Shown here piece by piece: positions 56,363 through 64,000 of a stretch of DNA of 64,000 nt (within the stretch, counting starts at the first letter, position 1; the number at the start of each line of letters is the position of its first letter). Under the pieces are notes generated by a model that was not told the DNA's origin, searched no databases, and saw nothing but the letters and a program-made list of their open reading frames with translations. The stretch lies in the sequence record PV037725.1. The stretch is one strand, 5' to 3'. Position numbers and translations under genes: made by a program.

Positions 56363-56811
56363 AAACTCGTTTCGCTAAAAGGGAAGGTTGTGTACCGGAT
56401 ATGTCAGCCGCAATGCGCGCTAACATGATCCCACCACACTTCCAACGTAATCCAGTCATGGTAGAACTGGACGATGCTCAGCTCGTCAAGAGTTGTCACC
56501 TACATACCGACGGTCGCAAGTTCGACTTCCGTCAAGTGTATGGTGAACCAGTTGGTAAAGAATGGGAATACCTGTTCATCACCCAATTGAGTTATACCGC
56601 TGAAGATGGTAGTACGCAGATCGTAGAAGTAGATCCACGTAACCCGCACATCATCAATAAGACTCAGGTCATTACCCAACTCGGGTATGTCACTGGGATC
56701 AATGGTAAGCGTTGGGGTATACACGTACAGCTTAACTGGCGTACTGGTATTACCCAAATCATCACCGATGAAGGATCGCCCATCGTGGGCGCTCTGATTC
56801 AACTGATCTAA
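56359..56811 (+). CDS. hypothetical protein
   Basis: ATGA coupling. Confidence 0.7.
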   Translation: MKTRFAKREGCVPDMSAAMRANMIPPHFQRNPVMVELDDAQLVKSCHLHTDGRKFDFRQVYGEPVGKEWEYLFITQLSYTAEDGSTQIVEVDPRNPHIINKTQVITQLGYVTGINGKRWGIHVQLNWRTGITQIITDEGSPIVGALIQLI

Positions 56812-56813
56812 AC

Positions 56814-56839
56814 GGTCTCCCTTCGGGGAGACCTTTATA
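56814..56839 (+). terminator. intrinsic terminator
   Basis: GGTCTCCC-TTCG-GGGAGACC-TTTAT. Confidence 0.85.
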
Positions 56840-56855
56840 ACCCTAAGGTGTTAAA

Positions 56856-57200
56856 ATGTACGTTGAATTTCGCAATACATCCACCGGTCAGTTCTACTAC
56901 CTGTGCGGTGCAGAAGAAGATCCATGTGCCATTATCTACAATCCGAACATCCGTGGTGCAATGATCGAACTCGATCAAGAGCTACGTATCCGGGAAGTAT
57001 TCGATATGATCCGTCCAGTGGTCGATCGTCTGACTGAAGGGAATACCGATAAATGGGAGGTGAACATTTTCAAGTTCTCTAACCTCCCACTCAATAGTCT
57101 TACCCAGGTTGATCTGGCACGAAGCTATGGGTTATGGAGTGTAGGTGAACCAACATTCGTTGATGGTGTCAAGCGTCCAACCTTGTTCCACCCTAAGTAA
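56856..57200 (+). CDS. hypothetical protein
   Basis: AAGGTG RBS. Confidence 0.75.
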   Translation: MYVEFRNTSTGQFYYLCGAEEDPCAIIYNPNIRGAMIELDQELRIREVFDMIRPVVDRLTEGNTDKWEVNIFKFSNLPLNSLTQVDLARSYGLWSVGEPTFVDGVKRPTLFHPK

Positions 57201-57237
57201 TTACAACTGATTTAAGATTTACATCATGACTGTGAAG
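57200..57237 (+). promoter_or_regulatory. early promoter (variant core)
   Basis: ATTACAA-N4-TTT-AAGATT-TACATCAT-N4-GTGAAG. Confidence 0.7.
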
Positions 57238-57314
57238 CACCGTGTCGTTATTAATAGTATCCTCGATCAATCGTGGAGAAAGTCTATCGTAGAACCTAAA
57301 GCTAAGGGCGCGAA

Positions 57315-57590
57315 ATGAGTTGGTTTAGAGAAGTCGTCGGTCTAATTGACCATGTAGCAAAAACTGATGTAGTGCGTGGCATGATTCTCCAGGCTTCTAG
57401 TGACATCTATATGCACAAGACCGATCGTGAAACAGGCTACACCGAAGTGAAGTATGCAAACGAGGGTGACGATCTTGAGATCCTAGGCGAAGACCTGGAG
57501 ATCGAAGGTGGGTTCCGCGTAATCAATCGCGATAACTACGACCAGATCGAAACCGTAAAACTAACTGATCTAGACGACGGGATGCACTGA
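57315..57590 (+). CDS. acidic hypothetical protein
   Basis: tiled ORF. Confidence 0.7.
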   Translation: MSWFREVVGLIDHVAKTDVVRGMILQASSDIYMHKTDRETGYTEVKYANEGDDLEILGEDLEIEGGFRVINRDNYDQIETVKLTDLDDGMH

Positions 57591-57784
57591 TGAAATCTGG
57601 AACACTGTTGTGTGAAATCGTTAACACCGTGATGGACATCGATTGTGTAATGGCTCCAGCTGGCGCCAAGATCACGATCCTGGAAGACCATGGTAATGTG
57701 TACGAAGTGGCTTACTATGATGGTGAATCGCCATCGACCACCTTCTGGGTGCGAGCGGATCAAGTGAGGGTACATCATGAGTAA
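57590..57784 (+). CDS. small beta-barrel-like hypothetical protein
   Basis: coupled ORF. Confidence 0.65.
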   Translation: MKSGTLLCEIVNTVMDIDCVMAPAGAKITILEDHGNVYEVAYYDGESPSTTFWVRADQVRVHHE

Positions 57785-58364
57785 TGTGCCATCTACATCG
57801 GCTCACGTTATCCACGAACAAATTGCACATGCTATTCAGAACGTAAAGGACCGTGTCGACGTATATGGCTTTGCGGTATGGCCATTTACACCGGACCCAG
57901 AACATGGTATCCCACCGGGCTTTAGCACCATTGGGTTTACCAAACTGAATATGCCTGAGTTCTATGTCTCAGGCATTCCTGCACATAGCCAACAGGCTGA
58001 TGAGATTATCAAAAGCCTCCGTGAGTTATACGCTTACGCACGTGATACGTCTACCAGCATTACTGCGCAAGAACTGTGTAATCAGATTAACTCCGAACCA
58101 ACCCCAGAAGGGCGTGTTGGGGTTTATCAATGGCGGCCAGTCGATCCAACGCGCATGATGTATGGTCAGTGCACAACACTGCGTTACTGGGCTGAGGATG
58201 TTGGTTTGACTTCACTGGTATCTGGTATTCAAATCGTTCACCGTCCTAGTGGGGAGGCTGACTTCCCGATGGTATCCACGCCGATGCAATTGCTTTTGGA
58301 TTGGATTCCGTACGGTACCAAACCGTATTTCACTGCTGACCCTAAGTTGGCTGAAGTCGCGTAA
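57777..58364 (+). CDS. DUF4262-like protein
   Basis: GFAV...P.F.TIG......PEF.V.G.P and C-terminal Q.V.....FP....QLLL pattern (recalled, not searched). Confidence 0.5.
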   Translation: MSNVPSTSAHVIHEQIAHAIQNVKDRVDVYGFAVWPFTPDPEHGIPPGFSTIGFTKLNMPEFYVSGIPAHSQQADEIIKSLRELYAYARDTSTSITAQELCNQINSEPTPEGRVGVYQWRPVDPTRMMYGQCTTLRYWAEDVGLTSLVSGIQIVHRPSGEADFPMVSTPMQLLLDWIPYGTKPYFTADPKLAEVA

Positions 58365-58382
58365 CATTGCTGCGAGGTTAGA

Positions 58383-58727
58383 ATGGTACTCGAGGATATC
58401 AACTCCGCACGACCCCGGTATTTGCACTGGACCTTGTTCAGGGATTACCATTACGCAGTCTTTAATAAGGCTGGTGACTTAGTTACGATACTTGTGACTG
58501 AGAAAGGTGAGAAACGTAGTTACTGGGTGACAAAGCCTGACTTCCGTAAGGAGTCAATCGTTTACGAGAACCATGAGATCGTTGGTCGTCTAATGATGTG
58601 CCGTTACATTACTGACGAGAAAGATCTCACTGAGTTTCTGGAAGCCAATCAACCAAGTGGCGAGTATGCCTTGTCACTGGTAGACGCTTCGGGTAAACGG
58701 CTTTACAGTATCAGTATCTGGATCTAA
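58383..58727 (+). CDS. hypothetical protein
   Basis: GAGG RBS. Confidence 0.7.
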   Translation: MVLEDINSARPRYLHWTLFRDYHYAVFNKAGDLVTILVTEKGEKRSYWVTKPDFRKESIVYENHEIVGRLMMCRYITDEKDLTEFLEANQPSGEYALSLVDASGKRLYSISIWI

Positions 58728-58776
58728 TATTTACCGACCAAACCCATTGTGTGTATAAACTTGCGAGGCTGGACGA

Positions 58777-59328
58777 ATGACTCAAGTATTGCGCGTTAAC
58801 CGTTTCACTGGTGAATTTGTTTTTCTGGACAAAGACGGTCGAGTAATCGATACCAATGACTCGGCGGGTTTGATTGATAGTGATGACGCGGATGTTTTGA
58901 TTGAGCGGATTCGTCAAGGGTACCAGTACATTTCAACTGGGAACTATGTGATCCGTCTGGAAGGTGTAGGTCTGTATGACACAGGTTACTTTGAGTTCAC
59001 TGAGCTGGTGACGTTTGGGGTGGACGACGATGGTTACTCCGTTCCGAAGCATACACAGCTAGTTTCACGTGAATCGTTTGAGCACCCTACTGCTGATCAC
59101 AGTAAGATCCTGACCGGTAATGCATTCATTGATTACAAAAATCACCGCGTGGCTTGGATGGATAATCCACTCGCAGATAACCCTTATGTCTATGATCCAA
59201 TTAAAGTTGATTGGGTTTGTGATGTTGACGATGATATAGCTATTCTGTTGGAAGTGGGTGGGCGATTCCTCATGCGAGGTAAGCCCGATGGTTTTGATTT
59301 GATACCAGTGCGTCTCTACGCGGAGTGA
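58777..59328 (+). CDS. acidic hypothetical protein
   Basis: GAGG RBS. Confidence 0.75.
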   Translation: MTQVLRVNRFTGEFVFLDKDGRVIDTNDSAGLIDSDDADVLIERIRQGYQYISTGNYVIRLEGVGLYDTGYFEFTELVTFGVDDDGYSVPKHTQLVSRESFEHPTADHSKILTGNAFIDYKNHRVAWMDNPLADNPYVYDPIKVDWVCDVDDDIAILLEVGGRFLMRGKPDGFDLIPVRLYAE

Positions 59329-59331
59329 GTT

Positions 59332-59847
59332 ATGGAAACACCTAAGGTTCTCTACCATGGGTCGCTGTATAAACAGAACGAACTCATGCCGGGTATTAAA
59401 CGGTCGGGTGAGTTAACTGTTTGGGATGGGGTAGAAACCAACCAGAACCTCTACGCTACGACCGATCGCCAAGCAGCAGCACTGCTTGGCATTGGTTCAG
59501 CGACTGAGAAAACTTTCGATACGGATCGGTTTATCGAGAACGAAGGTGATATCTGGCTATTTAGTCAGAAGCCCATCGAACTTGATGACTTCCTTAAGAT
59601 GGTCATCTACCGTTACACCATTCCAGTTCGTCCACAAGATGGCTGGAAGAAAAATAACAACCCGTACAACAACATTGATACCGAGTGGATCACACAGAAA
59701 ACCATTAATGGGGTGAAGTGTGAGCAACTTGATATCCGTGAGGTTATGAAGGGTCACAAAGTAACGGTTACGAAAGCTCCTGTAGATGTCGCACTACATG
59801 AGATCACTACCCGATACGGTTCAGATACAAAAGTGTATAAACTGTGA
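59332..59847 (+). CDS. possible ADP-ribosyltransferase-fold protein
   Basis: LYHGS...LYATTD...EWIT (H-Y-E pattern). Confidence 0.45.
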   Translation: METPKVLYHGSLYKQNELMPGIKRSGELTVWDGVETNQNLYATTDRQAAALLGIGSATEKTFDTDRFIENEGDIWLFSQKPIELDDFLKMVIYRYTIPVRPQDGWKKNNNPYNNIDTEWITQKTINGVKCEQLDIREVMKGHKVTVTKAPVDVALHEITTRYGSDTKVYKL

Positions 59848-59885
59848 GTGGCTAGTCCACTCACTTATGCGGGTTAGGAGGATTT

Positions 59886-60134
59886 ATGGATCTGTTGTCG
59901 TTTATATTTTTCTTGATGTTGGCAAGCTGCATCTTCCTAATTGGTTTGGGTATAATCTGGGAGATTCGCGGTATCTTAGAACCCTATCCAGTTGGGGTAT
60001 TCTTGCGTGAGCAATATGGCACGCTGGGTACGACGATGTTCATCACGATGGCAGTGTCGGCTATATTACTGGTGCTACATATCACTAACGTTATTACCAT
60101 GTGGGAGGTGGGGTATGCGCTCGCCAAGTTATGA
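59886..60134 (+). CDS. small membrane protein
   Basis: two hydrophobic helices; GGAGGA RBS. Confidence 0.7.
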   Translation: MDLLSFIFFLMLASCIFLIGLGIIWEIRGILEPYPVGVFLREQYGTLGTTMFITMAVSAILLVLHITNVITMWEVGYALAKL

Positions 60135-60252
60135 CTTGAATGACGAGGACTATGACCGCTTCATATTGGGTGATCCAGGTAGTCTTGATCCGGTGCCGTT
60201 GATCATTCTCGTGATTGCCGTCGTGGGTGTAGCGCTCTGGTGGTTCCAATGA
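60115..60252 (+). CDS. 45 aa membrane peptide
   Basis: GGAGG RBS; C-terminal TM helix. Confidence 0.55.
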   Translation: MRSPSYDLNDEDYDRFILGDPGSLDPVPLIILVIAVVGVALWWFQ

Positions 60253-60515
60253 CAAAATGGACACTGGGTGACATCCTCTGGATTGGGTTGCTGGTGACGG
60301 CTGGCTACTTCATCGTCAAGAGTGACATTGATTCGGATAAACGTGCCGACTACATCAAGTATGTAGAAGACCCACGTAACGGTTGCATGCTGCAACGAAC
60401 CACACCTTTGGCTAACCATCAAGTACACGTAGTCAAGTCAGAATACAAATCTAAGATCCTACGCGTTTATCAATGCGCCAATGGATTAACTGCGGCTAAC
60501 ATCAGCGAGGAGTAA
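60249..60515 (+). CDS. membrane-anchored hypothetical protein
   Basis: ATGA coupling; N-terminal TM helix. Confidence 0.7.
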   Translation: MTKWTLGDILWIGLLVTAGYFIVKSDIDSDKRADYIKYVEDPRNGCMLQRTTPLANHQVHVVKSEYKSKILRVYQCANGLTAANISEE

Positions 60516-60517
60516 CT

Positions 60518-60814
60518 ATGCACTTTTTTGAAGGGTTGTCTAAAGAAGCACAAGCATTGATCTCGATATTGGGTCAACCGAAACCTCTGACACCTGTTTA
60601 TCGCCTCAGCATCGATGCGCGACTTATGGTACTGGGGGATGAGTTTGTCAAACAAGTCCAGCTGCCTTATGAATACCCGAACTACACCAACGTTGCACTG
60701 ATGTGCAATGAACTTAAGAGTCTGTCCAATGATGACATTCTCTGGGTGCTGAAGGATTCCAATATGGTTATGGATACTATCAGTTCGTTCGATGTATCAA
60801 TCGTCCGCTGCTAA
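60518..60814 (+). CDS. hypothetical protein
   Basis: GAGGAG RBS. Confidence 0.7.
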   Translation: MHFFEGLSKEAQALISILGQPKPLTPVYRLSIDARLMVLGDEFVKQVQLPYEYPNYTNVALMCNELKSLSNDDILWVLKDSNMVMDTISSFDVSIVRC

Positions 60815-60823
60815 GGAATTAAG

Positions 60824-61126
60824 ATGGCTTACAAGATCGAACTGAAGGTCCAGCAGTCGCCTGAGTACTGGTTTGTGACCATGCACAACGATGGACCAGG
60901 TCTGACCCGTCGGGATCGTTATGCCACAGAGTTCACCACCGTTGCTGAGGCAAAGGCTATGGTAGAGCAACTGATGGCTAAAGAGCATAAGCAGATGCGT
61001 AAGTTCCTTAACAAGGACTCCGACTTTGTAACCCCGGTATCGTTTACTGCGCATGGCATTAAAGCTGGGGAGATCGAATCCACTCGGGTATTGCAGAAAC
61101 TGTATACCTTCATCAAACAGGACTAG
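60824..61126 (+). CDS. hypothetical protein
   Basis: AAGGA RBS. Confidence 0.75.
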   Translation: MAYKIELKVQQSPEYWFVTMHNDGPGLTRRDRYATEFTTVAEAKAMVEQLMAKEHKQMRKFLNKDSDFVTPVSFTAHGIKAGEIESTRVLQKLYTFIKQD

Positions 61127-61132
61127 TTAAAA

Positions 61133-61969
61133 ATGAAATCAGTACCCGCATACCGTATCGCCGAAGATACCCCGGCTGACGTTTGGGCTAAGATCAACGC
61201 TATCATCTCTGCATTGAACGCTGGTAGTAAACCCGAGTTTAAGCGAATCGATATCGTGACTCATCGCGATTCTCGGCAGGGTTGGAAAATACGCGAATAC
61301 GTTGTTTCGTATGACTGGAAAACAAGTAATAAGTTCTGGCAGCAGTGTCGCTTTGAGGACATCCTAGCTGCCATTGAAAGCTTCTACCCCGGTGAGCCTG
61401 ATCGTCACTATGTCGATGTCCAAGAATCCGGCATGATTAAGGTGCATTGGCATCCAAAAGACAGCATGCTGATGGTTCCAGCTGATAAGGTTAATAGACG
61501 CGAGCTGATCGGACCTAGTTACATGGCTACAGGTATCGTACCGAAACATGTATTCTTTGTTGGACCTAATCGTCAGACTCAGAAAGCCTATCGTCGCTAT
61601 CTCAATGTGTCCCACCGCCTGTCTACGTTCAGCTTCGGATTGGGGGTAATGCAACTTCAAGAAGTACTCAAACCCATCGTAACACCGGGTGAGTGTCATG
61701 GTTGTGCGATGTACATCGTCACTGAGTCTGGTTTGGTGGCACGGCTAACACCTGATAAGTTTGAATGGGTCGTGTGTCGTGAACCTAAGGGTCCTGAAGA
61801 GTACCTTCGACGGACATTGCACAGTTACAACGAGATGATCGTTGACGTAGGTAAAGAGTACCGTAATATCCGTCAATTACGTGGTGGTGGTTCGAATCAG
61901 GGTAGTAAGGCTTTCCTGGAATCGTTTGGAATAGCGGCCCTAGTTCAAGATGCCTACCTGAAACTGTAA
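61133..61969 (+). CDS. hypothetical protein
   Basis: 278 aa, ends at terminator. Confidence 0.8.
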   Translation: MKSVPAYRIAEDTPADVWAKINAIISALNAGSKPEFKRIDIVTHRDSRQGWKIREYVVSYDWKTSNKFWQQCRFEDILAAIESFYPGEPDRHYVDVQESGMIKVHWHPKDSMLMVPADKVNRRELIGPSYMATGIVPKHVFFVGPNRQTQKAYRRYLNVSHRLSTFSFGLGVMQLQEVLKPIVTPGECHGCAMYIVTESGLVARLTPDKFEWVVCREPKGPEEYLRRTLHSYNEMIVDVGKEYRNIRQLRGGGSNQGSKAFLESFGIAALVQDAYLKL

Positions 61970-61974
61970 CCCCT

Positions 61975-62000
61975 GTCTCCCTTCGGGGAGGCTTTATTTC
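61975..62000 (+). terminator. intrinsic terminator
   Basis: GTCTCCC-TTCG-GGGAGGC-TTTATTT. Confidence 0.85.
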
Positions 62001-62013
62001 GTTAGGAGCAAAC

Positions 62014-62430
62014 ATGTTAGATTTGGCAAAAGTAAAACAGTGGTTGAAGGACAACGATATCCCAGATCAGTATTCCGTTAATAGCGGGATGTGTGAGGAG
62101 TTTGCACAACACTTCAAGCAGTATATCCCCAACTCGGAGATGTATGGTGCAGAGGAGTTTGATGGTCCCGATACTGACCTCGCAGGGCATCTTTGGTTAT
62201 ACGACGGTTCGCTGCATTATGATAGCGAATGCCTTGAGGGTGTAGCCGACTGGAAAGATCTTCCGTACTACAAGCGCCGCGTCATGTGGGAAATTCTGCG
62301 TGAAGCAAATGCCGCCAACCCAACCAAACATACCGTGGTAGTGGCAAGTATGCCACGAGACTGCGATGGCTCAAGTTCGGTAATGCGTGGACACTGTGAT
62401 GGTATCTACCCAATTCGTCAAGGAATCTAA
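62014..62430 (+). CDS. papain-like Cys-His-Asp protein, paralog of 30873
   Basis: NSGMCEEFA, GHLW, HYDSE.LEGVADW.DLPYY. Confidence 0.65.
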   Translation: MLDLAKVKQWLKDNDIPDQYSVNSGMCEEFAQHFKQYIPNSEMYGAEEFDGPDTDLAGHLWLYDGSLHYDSECLEGVADWKDLPYYKRRVMWEILREANAANPTKHTVVVASMPRDCDGSSSVMRGHCDGIYPIRQGI

Positions 62431-62432
62431 TC

Positions 62433-62855
62433 ATGAAAAAGCATAACCCCACTATCGTTTCTGTAACTGCCTCCAAAATCGACCCACGTGAAACCGATGC
62501 CCGTAATCAGATCATGTGGTTGAAGACCCTGCCGGTCAATGCCGTACATAACAAAACCGCCTTCCTACAGATCCTGGGTGAAGACCAGCGGCGAGCTGTA
62601 GACCGCTTGAAGACTTTGGCTGAAATGACACTGGGTGTTACAGTACCTGGTGTAACCAAAGACTTCCTGCGCGTGCGGGCCACTGAGGACGGTGTAGCTG
62701 TTTCCTATATGGAGCACTTCCCTAAGGTCGAAGAGGATGAGGAGGAGCACTACAGTTCTATGTGTACCCAGAATTATCCACATGTAGTGGATGCTTTCCG
62801 TTGCTTCCAAATGCGCATCGAGTCTGATCGACCGTCTCAGTCAGTACGGGTGTAA
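62433..62855 (+). CDS. hypothetical protein
   Basis: AAGGA RBS. Confidence 0.75.
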   Translation: MKKHNPTIVSVTASKIDPRETDARNQIMWLKTLPVNAVHNKTAFLQILGEDQRRAVDRLKTLAEMTLGVTVPGVTKDFLRVRATEDGVAVSYMEHFPKVEEDEEEHYSSMCTQNYPHVVDAFRCFQMRIESDRPSQSVRV

Positions 62856-62856
62856 T

Positions 62857-63039
62857 ATGAAAGACGTCATTCTGGTGATGTTGGTACTGATCACACTGTG
62901 TGGTTGGGGTGTATGGGTATGTTCGTTGTTTACAACTAAATACGAATGGGATACCAGTAAAAAGGGTCTATGGTTATTTTTAGTTGCTGTGGGTCTTACA
63001 GCAACTACAATGACATGGTCGATTATCTACGGAGCTTAA
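62857..63039 (+). CDS. small membrane protein
   Basis: two hydrophobic helices. Confidence 0.65.
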   Translation: MKDVILVMLVLITLCGWGVWVCSLFTTKYEWDTSKKGLWLFLVAVGLTATTMTWSIIYGA

Positions 63040-63040
63040 A

Positions 63041-63268
63041 ATGATCAAGAACCCAGGAGATGGTATCTATCAATCGCGGTGTACTCATGGACCTAAGACG
63101 TTCTTTGAGCACCGCAACATCTATATCCAAGGGAATACCGTAAGGTTGGTTAACTCTGAACCTAAGGGTAGCCACATGTACAACTTCAGCTTTTGGTTTG
63201 AAGTAAATCAACTAGGTGAACGCCTGGGTGATCTTCCAGCCAACTTCGATATCCACAAGGACGCCTAA
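63041..63268 (+). CDS. hypothetical protein
   Basis: GGAG RBS. Confidence 0.65.
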   Translation: MIKNPGDGIYQSRCTHGPKTFFEHRNIYIQGNTVRLVNSEPKGSHMYNFSFWFEVNQLGERLGDLPANFDIHKDA

Positions 63269-63726
63269 TGAGTTTCTTCCTTAAGATTAATGATGACAAG
63301 ATGGCCTTTGGTGGGATTCAGTCCATCCCTCAGGACTACGGTTTCATCTCTCAGACGCGCGGAAGAGTGTTTGTAGGTGACGATGGGGAGATCACTTCAC
63401 CAATAGGTATCTGGTCTATCGGATCGTCTGTACGGGCCAATCACGCGCTTGGTTACCTTCGACCGTTGAGTGTTATCCATGAGGATAAACTACTCTATCT
63501 TGCTGATAGTCGTGCAGATCTTCAGATCCTTGTAGCAACTGAAACTAAGTTGCATATTTACCAAGGTGGCAATCATACATGGTTACCTATTGAAGATGGG
63601 TTTCTTTACTTCGGGTTGAACGTACCGCGTGTAGACGCTGAGCAGTACATTGCCAGTATCGAGTGTGGTTGCTGCACACCAAAAGGACCTTGGTCTGTTA
63701 CTACCACCTACATCGAGCGTTACTGA
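63268..63726 (+). CDS. hypothetical protein
   Basis: coupled ORF. Confidence 0.7.
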   Translation: MSFFLKINDDKMAFGGIQSIPQDYGFISQTRGRVFVGDDGEITSPIGIWSIGSSVRANHALGYLRPLSVIHEDKLLYLADSRADLQILVATETKLHIYQGGNHTWLPIEDGFLYFGLNVPRVDAEQYIASIECGCCTPKGPWSVTTTYIERY

Positions 63727-63733
63727 GGTGACT

Positions 63734-63910
63734 ATGCATCCACTTGTGATACTGTTCTGGGGTATTTGTATAGCTTGTTGGTTGACATGGTTAGGGTTAG
63801 CGTTTAAGTCTAACCTTCAAGGTAATGTACGTCGTGATGTACTATTGGCAGCCTTATGTTCAACAGGTGTGGCTACGTATGTTACATTAATCAGTCGACT
63901 ACCAACTTAA
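63734..63910 (+). CDS. small membrane protein
   Basis: GAGGTG RBS; two hydrophobic helices. Confidence 0.65.
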   Translation: MHPLVILFWGICIACWLTWLGLAFKSNLQGNVRRDVLLAALCSTGVATYVTLISRLPT

Positions 63911-63956
63911 TTCTACTGGGTAGGTAGATCTAATGAGGGAGGGATGCTTTCCCTTC
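63909..63956 (+). promoter_or_regulatory. candidate second-class promoter with leader hairpin
   Basis: AATTCTACT...CTAATG-AGGGAGGG..TTTCCCT, same layout as 4921. Confidence 0.35.
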
Positions 63957-63986
63957 TTTATTCTTCTTTAATTAGGAATAGGACTA

Positions 63987-64000
63987 ATGCAACTACCACC
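63987..64000 (+). CDS. ORF start truncated by window edge
   Basis: AGGA RBS then ATG CAA CTA CCA. Confidence 0.4.

Noticed and set aside
5452-61992. Recurrent CTCCC-TTCG-GGGAG repeats as a CRISPR array or mobile repeat
   Set aside because: Copies are dispersed, vary in stem sequence and sit right after stop codons, so they are terminators; there is no regular repeat-spacer period
5047-64000. Numerous minus-strand ORFs of 60-200 aa in the track (e.g. 29122-29703, 32500-33663, 36600-37220)
   Set aside because: They are antisense shadows of well-supported plus-strand genes, without RBS or recognisable motifs
1-64000. Known small anti-defence sponges (Acb2, Tad1, Tad2) and tRNA genes
   Set aside because: No ORF matched the motifs I recall and no cloverleaf or T-loop sequence was found; an HMM search and tRNAscan-SE would be needed to exclude them formally

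Overview
64 kb segment of a large dsDNA phage genome, most likely a phiKZ-like jumbo phage. This is inferred from the repeated TATATTAC early-promoter core, densely tiled ORFs and the gene families present; the host cannot be determined from this window. The left end (402-4882, minus strand) carries two probable virion genes and an SF2 helicase. The rest is a plus-strand accessory region of about 120 mostly small ORFs, divided by UUCG-loop terminators and nine copies of a tripartite early promoter. Recognisable enzymes: NAD-dependent DNA ligase (with an adjacent catalytically degenerate paralog), dCTP deaminase, thymidylate synthase, Thg1, RtcB, a DRB0094-type RNA ligase, a PRPP-synthetase-like plus NAMPT-like pair (NARP1 architecture), an HD/alarmone-hydrolase-like protein, a SLOG/DprA-like protein, a 2OG-Fe(II) oxygenase, two GNATs and two SspB homologs. 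Best candidates for something new: a self-contained early operon of two SspB (ClpXP adaptor) paralogs, a structured ncRNA candidate at 5516-5692, a cassette of tiny acidic peptides at 42610-42823, a pseudo-ligase, and a free-standing copy of the ThyA insertion module. No tRNA, rRNA, CRISPR array or intein was found. All family calls come from motifs read by eye, not database searches.
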